A DNA stretch of 64,000 bases from Ramazzottius varieornatus (taxonomy: Eukaryota > Animalia > Tardigrada). The notes under the pieces were generated by a model. It saw only the letters and a list, made by a program, of their open reading frames with translations. It did no database searches and had not been told where the DNA came from. A program made the translations under genes and the position numbers. Shown here one piece after another: positions 48,982-60,939 of this stretch (positions are counted from its first letter, which is position 1; the number at the start of each line of letters is the position of its first letter). The stretch covers positions 1,198,730 to 1,262,729 of the forward strand of contig BDGG01000007.1 in NCBI GenBank assembly GCA_001949185.1, given 5' to 3'.

Positions 48982-50850
48982 TTATGGACTGGAATTTTGC
49001 TGCTGTTGTTGCTCGCGAAACTCATACGCCAAGAAGCAGTCTTTATCGATCAACAATCCCACCACCGTTCCACCCAGTCCAGAAGCCACCAGCTCCCCCA
49101 ACGTGATCCACCCATAGTCTTTCGTAGCCACCATATCGAAGATTTCTGCCACCACGTCGTTCAACGATGGTGCCATGACTTTGTCCGCCTGTAACATTTT
49201 CGAAATGTCTCGGAAGAAATGGTAGATGGTCTGCCGGTCGATGGCCCCTTGATGTTTATAGTCGATGATGCGAAACAGAAAGCGGATGGAGGCCGCCTCG
49301 TTCTTGTGGGTCAGCGCAAGGACCAGGTCCAGGAAAGTCTTGTAGTCCATCTCATCGTTGTACGTCAGGCATTCCTCGTAGACCCGCTGGACGAAGGTGG
49401 GAGTCAGGCTGGCTTTGGGGTATTGCAGGAGCTCTTCGCGGGAGAGGAGACCGTTGCGCTTCTTGTCGAGAGAAAGGTAGTCGTTGTAGACGTCAAGGCT
49501 GGACTCGAGGGTGAACCAGTTGGACTTGCTGGATTTATCCGCAGTTTCCCTCACCTGGAAAACATCAATCGGGTGGAATGTTTCTCACAATCTGAAATGT
49601 AACTCTGACTCAAATTCAGTCTTGGTATTTTTAATTCTTATGGTTTGTTCGGGCCTGAGTGGTTAAAAACACGATGAGACGACGTCAAGCTTCAAATCCA
49701 GAAGTTCTCTACGGTTTTTTCCTACACTTACGTCCATTAGTTCTTGCATCAACGGAGAGCCCAGCATCTTCGTAATCTTAATTTTGCCCTGTTTTCCCGG
49801 GTCCAGGAAGAAAAAGAACTTCCGGATGACTGAGCAGACATAGAACTTCTTGTATTCCGGATCCATGCTGGCCAGTGTGTCGATGGTGGGGATGAGCTCC
49901 TCGATGTATTGCTCCAAGTCGGGCTCCTTCAGGTACCCATGTCCTTCCAGATCGTACAGCGACAACGCCAGCCGTGTCCGTTCCAGCCAGACCTTGCGCA
50001 CCAGGAAGTTGAACAAGTCCGCCACCTTGACCAGGTCGGGACCTTCGGTGTCCGTGTTGGAAATCAGGGATAGAAAGACGGTTGGACGGAGGTAAGCTTG
50101 GACCTAGAAAGCAGCAATGAACAGCGTTGCATATGCGTAGCTCATACTGGGTCGAAGCTATGTAGGACCTACCACACAGCACTACTGTGTACAGTGGACA
50201 GTGGTCAGGGAGGTTCAGTGAGCATGCATGTTGAGGTGCGCACTCGGCTGGGCACGGCCTTTGTAGCGATTTCAAGTAAGGGCCGTGCCGAGCGTGCACC
50301 GTGCAATGTATCGATCGGTTTGAGAATTCACAGCGTTTACGTTCAATGAAAATAAACCCCTGTTAACCATAGTCAACGTTGATATATTGGCCAGCCGCCA
50401 GCCTGGTCTTCGAGCATCGTTCGTCTTTTACGGTATTACCTTTAGAGAAGAAGCGCGACGCATGGCGGAATAATTCTGGTAAGTCAGGCATTGCTTTTCC
50501 TCGGTTCCAAAGATGGCATTGCGAGCATGTTGTTGCAGGAGGTTCCATATCTCTTGGATTTCATCGTTGTCCAGAATGCGCGCGTTGATGCGGGACAGCG
50601 TCATACCACGGGCTTCTTCGATCAACCGGAAATGCAGATCTTGATCGTTTGGCGTAACACGGCGGTAAAAGGTCGGAACCTGAGTCGACGAAGTAACATC
50701 CGGTGTGTTCTTCCATTTCTCGTAGTAGTCTCTCGTCAAGCGACTCTCCAGTGCTGTGGAGGATTCCGCGGAGTCTCCGTCTTGAGCGGAGACGACGGAA
50801 TTAAAGATGAACACCATGACGAGTGATAACGCAGTTTTGCAAGTGATCAT
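48982..50850 (-). CDS. PPP2R3C: Protein phosphatase 2A regulatory subunit B'' gamma
   Basis: LIEEAR..LDNDEIQEIW, FNFLVRKVWLERTRLALSLYD..GYLKEPDLEQYIEELIPT, RKFFFFLDP, NWFT..YLSLDKKRNGLLS..EMDYKTFLDLVLAL; start codon uncertain. Confidence 0.92.
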
Positions 50851-50978
50851 TCCAGCCAAGACCAACTAGATGGATCAAGTGATGGCTCCACTGTAACAGT
50901 CACAGAGAGACTCAGAGACACATGTAGTGTGGTAACACGAGCAATCAAGATTCACGGATCAAGTACTGTGATAAGTTG

Positions 50979-51442
50979 CAGGGATGAGCAGTTATGGGGT
51001 TTGATTCTGTCCGCTTCGCTACCGCTTTCATGAGGCAGGAGCGCTTCGCTACGACCCGCTATGAGATACAAGGGTTCGCTATCCGCTTTGCTACCGCTAT
51101 AGTAAACTTCCTTTGTGCAAAAAAGAGCATCGATTTTTGGCCGTTTTCATAATCGAAACTGATTAGCAAAATGACGAAGTATTGATTTCAAGCTCGAAAC
51201 AAGCTCAAATATCCTGAAAAAGTTTGTATAATAGAAGTCCAACTTTAGGTGAAAAATATCGATTGAGAACCCAGTATTTCACTAGTTTTAGCTCCAAATC
51301 CGCTATTTCCGCTATAGATAATTATCGCTTCGCTCTCGATAGTTCTGAGTGTGCCCAATTTCGCTATAATTTCGTTATATAGCGTAGCGAAGCAGAAAAC
51401 TGGTCCAAAAACGCTACGCCGTTCTAAAACTGCTCATCCCTG
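50979..51442. mobile_element. hAT-family MITE
   Basis: 15-bp TIRs cagggatgagcagtt / aactgctcatccctg; perfect 8-bp TSD ataagttg (50971-50978, 51443-51450); subterminal cgcttcgcta repeats. Confidence 0.92.
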
Positions 51443-51539
51443 ATAAGTTGTGGACTCTTACAAACAGGTGCCAGCACAAACGTCAAAACATACCGAACAA
51501 AGGAATGGAGGGAAACGGGAACAAATGGGTTAAAAATTT

Positions 51540-53330
51540 TGAACTGTGATTGACACTCTACCTTAGCCGCTTAGGCGAAAAGCCGCCCCGAACTTGAGGG
51601 CTTTGACCTTTCAGAGCTCAGTCAACTGCGTGTCAAACAGAAACGAAATTCATCCTGGTTATTTCCTGTTTGTGGACTCGTAATTCTGCTAGTTTCACAG
51701 GTGTCTTCGTCACTTTGTTCAAACCGAATTCGTTCTTCAGGTAAGTTGAATGTTGATCCCGTTTTCGCAACTGTGTACCTTTGAACAAGTAAAAGGTGTG
51801 TTTGTGTTATAGGAGGAAGGAATCCGAAGGATAAGTGGGGAAGGGACCACGCTGAGAAAATGCATCGTAATACACGCCGTGATGTAAGTAAAATTTTCAC
51901 AATAGTACGCAAGTTAAGTCCTTTGATTGTTGAGTTTTGCTGTGGAAACAGGCTAGTACAGAATACTACAGAGCACACCACGAAAGTGTCAGATTATCAT
52001 TCTGAAGAGGCTTCTGTTTCTGTATTTCTAGGCGTTGGAGGCGGACCCAAGAAAAATGAATCGTAGATTTGGAGTACACCGCACTAGGAAATCCTGGGTG
52101 TTAATAGCAATATGTACTATGGGTCTACTTAATTGCACATTTGTGCGCATCACATGTGCATTTCAATTTAGCTAATCAATCAATCAAAAGTTCATTCGAC
52201 TGTTTGACCGATGCAATCGGCCTTGAGTCTTCTCTTCGATAGATTTATTGAATGTTGCGATTGTTCGGGCGACTTTTGTTCGGTTGAGTTGTTGATTGAT
52301 CTTCGTTGATTTTTGATTATCCGGTTCACCCGGGTTGATGATCAAGATGGACTTGAATTGATGATCGGGTTGGACTCGGAATGATGATCCGGTCCACCCG
52401 CATTGATGACTGATACGACAGACTTGGTTCGGCCTTTGGTCGAAAGATCGGGCCAAGTCGGTGGCTGGCTGGCAGGCTGTCACGTCAGATGGACGTCCGA
52501 CATGACAGTCTGACAGTCAGTGGCGTCTTATGTTCATTTTCACGGCTGTCCAGTTATCCCGTTTAGCCAAGACTTCCGGCCACCTTCTCCAGAACTACAA
52601 CTCTTTCCGCTGCTCTCTCCCGACCCCATCTCGTTGAGCTGGATGATGGCTTCGTTCTGATGTCAGTTGCCAACCTGAAATCAAAACATCCAGTCACGTA
52701 GGAATATAGCTTTTGATGTCCACTGCAGTATGGGCCGCTTGACTTTTGCGAAAAGATTGGTATCCTGTATCCACAGCAGATCTATACAGCTAAACAAGAA
52801 TCTCATGCTTTTTTGCTGCGTTTCGAAACTAAAGCGATCTGAAGGGAAGGCTCACTTCGTTCTCTGCTTTCAGTTTGATCGAATAAACACGTGCTTAACT
52901 CTTGGAAAACCGAAGAACAACCAAATGCTAAACACTATTTTGGCCGAAGTTGACAACGAAATCTTGCTAAGTATACCTAGTTGACGTTTGCACCCAGTGG
53001 AGAGTTCAGAAAGTTAATCGAGCTTTGCTTACCGTCAGGTGCAGCTAGCAACATCCGAGGGACGTAGAATGCCGTAACAAAAGAGCAGTATCCGGCGCAG
53101 CAAAGTCCGCGTTTCTGTCAATCGGCTGTTCCCTAGACTCCTTCGAAGTTTGAAAACGTTTGAAAGATGTTAGTGAAGAGCGAGAGCGAAAATTAGAATA
53201 GTAATGAGCGCGGAGAGATGAGGATCGTGGACGGTAGCTAGGGCTGACGGGAGCAGTCAACCAAAGACGAAATTTCATCTTCTGAAAACGTACAAGTCCA
53301 AAACTTTGCGCGTGCATCAGCCATCTGTGT
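51540..53330 (+). pseudogene. PB2-like relic (~aa 30-560) interrupted by an insertion at ~52140-52520
   Basis: SRLGEKPP ~ SGRQEKNP; CLWTRNSASFTGVFVT ~ [36 protein letters not shown] ~ [29 protein letters not shown] ~ VSADPLASLL; IAFDVHCSMG ~ [11 protein letters not shown]; RLHPV ~ RLNPM; SKVRVSVNRL ~ [10 protein letters not shown]. Confidence 0.65.
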
Positions 53331-53405
53331 ACAGGCGCTCAGCATGCGCTTGACCACGTATGCGCCGGTTGAGAAACGGGTACTCTGAGTACCCGTTCGG
53401 CCCAA

Positions 53406-55400
53406 ATGGAAGTACGGAATACACTTCGGTCAGTACTTCGCTAGGTACTCCTTTCTTCGTGGGTGACGAAGTTAGCACTCGGTGCCCCTTGATCTTGCTA
53501 CAATTTAATGTCAAAAAGAGGCTGGTTCGGAGCTAAAGATGTTATGCCGTGAAATGAGCCGCCGATACCCAAGTGTTGCGGAGTATTCAGTACTCATCAC
53601 CGAAATAATCCACGATACGCTATGTTATTAGTCTCTTCCAAACGCCAACTCAGATCCGCTCTGAACTCTGATCTCACTTTCATGGCGCACACTCATTTGT
53701 GCGCAGTGAGAATCCAGTCTAACTTATGCTCCCCGTCCTTCTTCGTTTGCCTGAAGAATAAACTTCTTTCCAAACTATAACCAAAGCCCACTGTCCAGTG
53801 ACTCTGCAAAACTATGTGGAATTTTTCCCGTTTTCGATGCAGTTTTGCTCTCTGATGAGCTGCTGTACCTCGCCTTGCCGGAGAGTGGGATACATGCTCA
53901 AGCAATTGATTGATTGTGTTACGCTAATATTGAGGCGGAGCTAATATTCGTTACGTCATCGACCATACCACCAAATGAATAAATGCACAAAACTAATTGA
54001 ACAAACCTTTCCGTCGGACTTTCACGAGCAAGCCAGTACACCCTACAGCATTTTTCGCATTTTTTAGAAATCTGAGAATAATGTCTTTCGCGATGCAGAT
54101 CAGAGTGTTTCTGCACTTTATGATTCGTAAAAGCCAGCTAATGACTTGATTCCTCGACCTTCGATGCGACTGTTGATGGGTCACCTATCTACGAAGGCTA
54201 CTGAGTCAGCCCGTATTTTGGCGCGCCTTTGTTTGCAAACGGCGAGGGACTGCAGCGCTACAGTGTTCTTGCCGTAGCTGACAATCTGTTTTCAGCTGGG
54301 CTCTCTGCTGCTTCAGAGTCTCCACAAAAGTATTATTCCATGCTCTAACACTCTTGTATCTTGCGACAGTTTCAGATTCGTGAAAATTTCGGCCCAGTGA
54401 TCAAGAAAAAATCATGGAACTTGGCCGGCGCACTGAACATTATACTCTCAAATTTTGGCCAACCGACGAAGTGGTGATTGGTTCAGTTTGGCATCGCCCC
54501 CGGTTTTAACCAGTTGAAAACGGGCGAAAGTGACTGTCGCGCATCGTATTCTGAAAGCACGAAATTGCTTCGTGCTCAAGGCGTTAACGAATAACGGGAA
54601 AATTCTGGAGACGTGCCGTGACATGGTAGAAACGCTAATTACTGTATTCGAGTCTTTCTGCTCAGTAAAGACTTCTAATATGGGGACATTGCTCCCCTGG
54701 TGGAAGTTGTTTCTGTCGAAAATTGGCTTGGTGTAGAGGCTCAATATGGTTTTCGTCAAATGTGGAGCCCTTCTTTCGACGAATCACAGTTCAGACGCAA
54801 TTTTCGTTTTAGCGCAACTGAGCAAGTGAGAATGACGCTCAAAATGCAGTTTTTCCTGTGGAGAATTCCATGGGCTATCGAACGCTTCGAAAACGAATCC
54901 TATCCGACAAGTAGTAGAAAAGTAATGGAAGGAAGCAGACTGGGGTCCAGTATTTCGTTGCTTTATAGTCCTCACGCATGACGTCACCGTACGCAACATC
55001 TCCTAGGAGGATGTAGGAACCGATGGCATCACCGGGTTAAAGTTAAACTCGCGCACAATGACGACATGCGCGAAATTTGCGGAAGCCGCACGAGGAAGGT
55101 GAAATTACCCATTCCAAAATCCCGTGGTAGTGAAAAATTTTTGAAATTTACGTCTCCAAAACTAATCATGTCATTTCGCGATAGCTGGTACTACCAGATA
55201 GCCCTAATTTTTGCTTTACAAGTTTACGTCAGTGAAGCAGGATTCGTGCTTTCCGTGAAAATAGGGAATCTCATTTGACGAAACCTATATCTTCTTTTAC
55301 CGTTTCGACGAAACGCGTTAAGCTAGTGTTCACCATCGGCCAGTTACTATGTTCATATACAGCCTGTCCGCATCGAATTGCTACCACTCATTAATCCAAG
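53406..55400 (+). pseudogene. PB2: Near full-length degenerate orthomyxovirus PB2-like ORF (endogenous viral element)
   Basis: MEVRNTLRSVL ~ MERIKELRDLM; ELKMLCREMSRRYPSVAE..ITEII ~ ALRMKWMMAMKYPITAD..IMEMI; LIEQTFPSDF ~ IMEVVFPNEV; HFMIRKSQLMT*FL ~ [28 protein letters not shown] ~ [25 protein letters not shown] ~ [18 protein letters not shown] ~ LTITYS; LPIPKSRG..FRD..YQIALIF ~ SLVPKAARG..MRD..VQIIKLL; TMFIYS ~ PVFNYN. Colinear over ~2 kb. Confidence 0.75.
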
Positions 55401-55479
55401 CCTGTCTTGGCTGAATTGATTTTCCACTTCCAAACTAATGGTTCAATTACACCTTTCGTCGGAAGTCTGAAACTGCCAT

Positions 55480-55900
55480 TTTCTGGATGGCTTCCGTCAA
55501 ACTTCAAATCACTTCGGACTTTTCTGACCAAGTCATCTGACAAGTGGTCAAATGTCGAAATGCACTTCAGCATCGTGTTCCTCGATCTCTATTACAGTAG
55601 ACTGCATCAGCGGTCTAACATTGCCCTTGGGGTCCTGAAACTTCAGAGTCGATTCCTGAACATTTTGACCAGCGATCATTATCCCGTAAACTGGGCTGCC
55701 GATACCCACTTGTTGATGCCGAATAACGAACAACTGACAATCAACAGATTCAATGAACCGTGGAAACAAAAGTTGGACGACGAACGAATTTTTAATTTCG
55801 TGTTGATGCCGGAGCTATCCGTCTTGCCCCTTCCATTTCGATGTAAATCAAAGTGTGAACGAGTCTGTCCACTTGTGCATACGGGCATTGTTCAATGAAC
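55480..55900 (+). pseudogene. PB2-like relic, N-terminus, directly following the previous copy
   Basis: ORF 55407-55898 HYPVNWAADTHLLMPNNEQ..PWKQKLDD..FVLMPELSV ~ [36 protein letters not shown]. Confidence 0.55.
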
Positions 55901-56176
55901 CTCCGCCATGTGAAGCTTTGAGGTTTTAAGTCGAACCGCAGTGCTCGTTCGCGGTCTGATCAGTAAGCAGCGCAGCCTCATACACACTTACTATGCAATC
56001 TTGACAACCAGATGCGTTTTCTGAGCAAATTTTCAAAGTTGATTAGGCTGAAAACACTTCGGTTCGTTTTGCACATTCGAAAATCCTTCACTATTTAATT
56101 CTTCACATTCTTGAACTTATGAGGCTACCTGCCGTTTTACAAGTGCTGCTGTCGTAGTTATCTTCTAGCCTCCAAC

Positions 56177-57028
56177 ATGGTTTTCTTGTTGTTTGTTGTT
56201 TTGTCGTTTGTGGGAAGCCATTTCATCGATGCCAGGCCTGAACCAGAACTCAGACGAGCAGTACGACAAGCTGTCTTTGGTGGAAACCTCCCTTCGCAGG
56301 TACAAGTCATTTCGCTCTTGCCAACAGAAAATGCCCAATCCATCGCGACATGTTTCCAGTTGAACAAACAAATCCCTCCAACCGGTTGTGTTTTCGTACC
56401 GAACCTTGTTGAGGGCTCGACCGGTAGGCTAGTGAGCTGCCGTCTGGTGTGCTTGGGAGACACAACCGAATTTGTTGTGCCGCCGGTGTCACAGGATGTA
56501 GCCGAGTTTCTACCGGCGGACGTACCATATTTGCAGGGTGGACAATTTCGTACTTCGGATCAAGCTGGTGACTCAGCCGTAGAGTCCTTCAGCGGCGAAT
56601 CTTACGGTTTCATTCTTTCAGCTACCACAACCACATTAGCTACAGCGACACCTAAAACGACAACAACTGGCAGTACTTCGCGTGCGGACCAGACTTCGAC
56701 GAGCACAAGCACTACCACCACCCCTGCTACGACTCTTGTGCCATTAAAATCATCCGATCTTGTGTCCACTCAGGTTCAAGCTTGTACTGGAACGAAGAGC
56801 GCTGGCTGCACCTTCAACCCGGTTAGCTGTGGTGTCTGCTGCAGAAGTAACGTCCCTAAACCAGCCGAGGAAGACTGCAACTTCCCTCCAGAGCTAAGGC
56901 AAATTGCTGCCTGCTTGGCTGACAGCACTCAAGCGCTTGATGCGGGAAGCTCTTTCATCAACACCGGGATACTGACGGGAGCGGCGACATGCGGAACTAT
57001 TGGGTCACTTTTTAAGCCCGGTGGCTAA
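56177..57028 (+). CDS. Secreted protein: Cys domain + Thr-rich linker + 8-Cys C-terminal domain (intronless, 283 aa)
   Basis: Signal peptide MVFLLFVVLSFVGS; 4 Cys in the N-domain; TTTT-rich spacer; CTGTKSAGCTFNPVSCGVCC..C..C..C. Confidence 0.75.
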   Translation: MVFLLFVVLSFVGSHFIDARPEPELRRAVRQAVFGGNLPSQVQVISLLPTENAQSIATCFQLNKQIPPTGCVFVPNLVEGSTGRLVSCRLVCLGDTTEFVVPPVSQDVAEFLPADVPYLQGGQFRTSDQAGDSAVESFSGESYGFILSATTTTLATATPKTTTTGSTSRADQTSTSTSTTTTPATTLVPLKSSDLVSTQVQACTGTKSAGCTFNPVSCGVCCRSNVPKPAEEDCNFPPELRQIAACLADSTQALDAGSSFINTGILTGAATCGTIGSLFKPGG

Positions 57029-57039
57029 CTATCTGTTGT

Positions 57040-57900
57040 GAATTGTTTGGCAATTTATTACTGCGATAACCCAAAATATTTTGAAGATCCACGTAAAACT
57101 GGCATAACTCATTACCGACAATGAAAAACAAGCCGCTCGATCGAACGTGCATGCCATTGTGGCCGCTGAACGATTGCATGCAACCCACATTGGATTCTGC
57201 ATGCGCAAAATAAGCCACACCCCCCATTTTCAGAAGCACTCGGAAGTACTCGCGGACTGCCTTTTCGTATAGCTATATACTCGAACCAGTGTCGAACAGG
57301 TGCTGAGTTTTCAGTGCTCGGTAGAGTAAAGTGTTTTAGCTCACCTTGCCGTTAAAGTATCGGTAAAATACGCGAAGTACAAAAATCAACGCCGGCAAAA
57401 TCTCGCCTGAAACAGGTACCCACAGGCATCACTGCTACTATAATTTGCCAACCACGTCACACGGTATCACCATTTCCCAGTAAACGAGGGATGGAAAGCC
57501 GTGTGGGTCAGCAATAGAGTCTTGAGCCCGGCGAGTGCATGGAGATTTTCACCCCCGTGCTTTGCCGCTGCTATGTACTGTAGAATGGTGTACGGCGTCA
57601 CTACACCTCGCAAATTCAGCTTTTGGATTCGCCTTTCAGGTATTTCGCCTTTTGCACGTTTGGTCTCTTAGACATTTTGCCTTCCAGCCCTATCAGCTTT
57701 TGAAAACAACACTTATAGTTTCTAACCTCTTTGCCTTTTGAGCCCCGCTCAGTTTGATTGTCCGTGTTTCCTAAAATGCAGCTGAGGCCGAAAATTTCGG
57801 AGAAAACCGGGTGGAATGGCATCCCCCACACGCCAGGAGTGTTAGCTGAGAAAACAACTTGGTTACCCTCATGCCTACCGCGTTCACCTCCAACAAAGTT
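57040..57900 (+). pseudogene. PB2-like relics (mid fragment, then N-terminal fragment)
   Basis: ITQNILKIHV ~ LTGNLQTLKIRV; KYAKYKNQRRQNLA*NRYP ~ KKYTSGRQEKNPAL..KYP; SNRVLSPASAW ~ [13 protein letters not shown]. Confidence 0.45.
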
Positions 57901-57910
57901 CTAAGTGCTA

Positions 57911-58943
57911 TCAGGTGTTTCAGTACTGTAATGCTTCAGGAACTTCGCGAAGTACGTCATCATACGCCCGAAACATCCCTTAGGAAGTAGGTAAAGCAAA
58001 CTTTTGGACCGGAATTCACCTGTACGCATATGAAGACGTACTTCGCGAAGTTCATGAAGCATTACAGTGTGACTTGTCCGTTTTTGGGGGGTAAAAGTTA
58101 AAATTCTTTTTTTACTTTACCGTTCGACTTTTCGATTTCAAGAAATATCCTGAAGCATACATAGGCTCTCCCTGTTTTTTGCATACACAAGGGGTTACCG
58201 TACGATCATGCTTGGAAGACATAACCGGGCCAGAAGAAGCTGCAAGAACTTTTTACTTGTACCTTTTTCTATCTTTTTCTCCTGGATGAACGTAACCTGG
58301 CGACGAGAACAATTTGGTATCCAATTGCTTAGAACTTGCGTCGTTTAGTTACTGCGGGAAAGCCTTTGATTTCGACTTGCTCAAATTCTGAAAAACATTT
58401 TTAAAAATTACTTCAAAAAAACTGTCCCGTTTACTGCGCCACTTCAGTGAGGTCGATAAGTTCAAATTCTTTCCTTGTACCAGACTTAGTGAAAGGTGTC
58501 GACAGTGGTGTCGATCGGTATCCCAAACTCTTAGATATCCGTATGCGGTGTCAAGTCTGGATCAGAGTCTCCACGACTCCAGGTGAATCTGACTTCCGTT
58601 TGAGGGTATGATCATCTTTTCCACCTGGTTACCTTTTTCAACCAAGCCCTTCTGCAAAGCTGTAGCCGGGCTTTTAAGATCACTAAGTCTGGCGCTCCGT
58701 TGGCCATGTTTCACAGATTTTTGAAGGTTCAGACTTGGACAAGAAAGATAGTTTTAGTTGAGCAAAAAATTTCAAAATTTGAGCGTCGATACAGCTATTT
58801 TTGCTGAGTTGCAGCAGCGACGATTCCAAGTGTTCAGAAACAGTTCTGAAAGGCTCGTCTTGGTACTACAATGCAGAGAAAAAACTGAAGGGATATCTCC
58901 TTTTCCTTTGGAGAAAACGGACAAGTCACACCGAAACACCTGA
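57911..58943. mobile_element. Non-autonomous Tc1/mariner-type DNA transposon
   Basis: Left TIR tcaggtgtttcagt|gtgacttgtccgtttt (split by an insertion) vs right aaaacggacaagtcacaccgaaacacctga; flanked by TA on both sides. Confidence 0.8.
57925..58068. mobile_element. Small MITE (~43-bp TIRs) nested in the left TIR of the element above
   Basis: actgtaatgcttcaggaacttcgcgaagtacgtc ... gacgtacttcgcgaagttcatgaagcattacagt. Confidence 0.8.
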
Positions 58944-59499
58944 TAAGACGTCTAATGGCTAAAAGGCTCGGTGAGCAAAAAGTCTTTCGTGTTTCAGAAG
59001 AGGAACTGGCCAAAAGGTTCAAGAGCGAAAGGTTTTGCTAAAAGGCCATTGTGCTGGGAGGCGAGATGCCCAGAAGGCGTACTGGTATCGGTCGTAAATG
59101 GTGCCATGGAGGACGGGAACTGCAATTTTCATGGCTCTCGAACCCGACATTCGATACTGCCGTGGTACATTCGGTCCTGCTGCGGAATATAATGCTTTCC
59201 AGTAATACCTATCGAATACCTGAAATACCTCCCGTAATGTACCGATATCGCTTCTTAGTACTCGGTAAGGTACCGTCACTGCAAAAACGGCAGCTGTCAC
59301 GGGTATCGTCGGTTAATACTTATACCGCGTTCGACAACTGACTTAAACTACCAATCATTCGGGTCAACAAGCGTCAGCTGAGCGATGATCAGCTGACGTC
59401 AATTGATGGAACTATTCCAAATGATAGTTTGCCACACAGGGAGTCAATATCTTCATTCGAGGACAACAGTCTAGTCTCAAAAGGCGAGGAAGCAGCGAT

Positions 59500-60000
59500 A
59501 CAAAAATAACAAACAAGCGATAACAACAAGCGTTATGGCGACGGCATACTTATGTCTGCTCGTCCGGCCGAGAGAAATTCGGCCAGATACTGGCTGATAG
59601 CTGCCGATAAAGTTGTCTGCCGATATCAGGGGCTCCCTCCGATTGGATGGATGACGTAGTCGTCGGCCCAGTTCAATTCTGCCAGCCGACAACACGAATA
59701 TACTTCTCGCGATAGCGTGCAAGTCATGTCATGTCATGCCATTCTATACCGTTGAGACCGACGCTGTGATCCATCGATTTCTGGCCCACAATACTAGGGT
59801 CTCATTCAACCAGGTATAACGGTCCACATTATCATTTGTTTCTTTTGGAATAAGTTTTAGCCAAACAACTAATATCTAATCCACCGACGTATGCTTAAGG
59901 TTTAGCAAAACGGCTCGAATTCATTCAACAGCACGCACCTTTGGGCCGTCTACTTAGATCTAAAGAGCTATGAATTCCGCGGTCGGTTTTCCCTTCTAAA
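59500..60000 (+). pseudogene. PB2-like relic, N-terminal fragment
   Basis: QQALWRR ~ GQTLWSK; VVGPVQFCQ ~ TFGPVHFRN; IDFWPTILG ~ EVVFPNEVG; GPHYHLFLLE*VLAKQ ~ [16 protein letters not shown]. Confidence 0.55.
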
Positions 60001-60259
60001 AATTTTTTCAGTTTATTTCTCTTCAGCTGAAATGATCAATCAAAATCGGCACATTACATATACAAAGCAGAATATTGAAAAGGTGCGCGGTCGGCAAGTA
60101 ATAGCTAACGATCTGGGCGTGTGGTGGCATACTGTGGCAACCCGACACTGAGACGCGGAAATGAGAAGTAGCCTCTAGGTCGCCAGCCGCGACGCCTCGT
60201 CACGCTGCACTGCGCCAGTGGCGTTGAATACGGATTTGTTGGTTTGTGCAGAAAGAACG

Positions 60260-60850
60260 AACTGTCGATGAATCAGATGTCCGGCCATTGATTACAGCTC
60301 GAAGAAACATGTAAATCGTGCAATCTGAAATTTTACTTCCTGTATCCCAATAAAAACAATGGCTCATACAGTATGGCCCATTGTCAATATTATATAAAAA
60401 TTTCCGGGTCTTTCGACAAGATTTGCGGTTGCCAATGTACTGCGGCGTTACATGGATTTTCCTCTATTAATGGCTGAGATATACTGGCAGCCGACTTCTC
60501 TGATTGACCGCCAGAGCAATGAAAAGATGACGTAGGCGACTCTACTTCGAACGCTGTCGGCTGGTCCGGCCGATTACATCTTGTCAATGTGTCTGCCAGA
60601 AGCATGTTTGGTGGAGCTGGCATCAGCCCATAAAAAGTCGGTAGGCATCGGCAGGTATCTGCTGGGGGTGTACCCCGGATCAACAAGTCGGCTGGCTTTG
60701 ACCAATGGCCATATGCAAATCGGTGCCGTACCGTCATATGGGCTTCGGTATCACAGGATGACCGTCCGGTACTTGCCAACCGCAGATCTTAACTTGTCGA
60801 AAGACTCAATACATTTTATATAATATTGGAATACAGGAATCAAAACTTTA
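60260..60850 (+). pseudogene. PB2-like relic, N-terminal fragment
   Basis: WLRYTG (cf. WLRHVG at 5.4 kb); RYLLGVYPGS ~ VIMEVVFPNE; MTVRYLPTA ~ RKTRFLPVA. Confidence 0.45.
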
Positions 60851-60939
60851 GATTTCACAAATCTGTGTTTTTTCAAGCTGTAATCAACGTCCAGACATTT
60901 GATCCATCGATAGCTCGTTCTTTCTGCGTGAACCAAAAA

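Noticed and set aside
50100-50360. Hairpin-rich PPP2R3C intron as a snoRNA or miRNA
   Set aside because: No convincing C/D or H/ACA boxes; more likely a repeat remnant.
59050-59480. EIPPVMYRY resembling KIAPLMVAY
   Set aside because: Single weak anchor.
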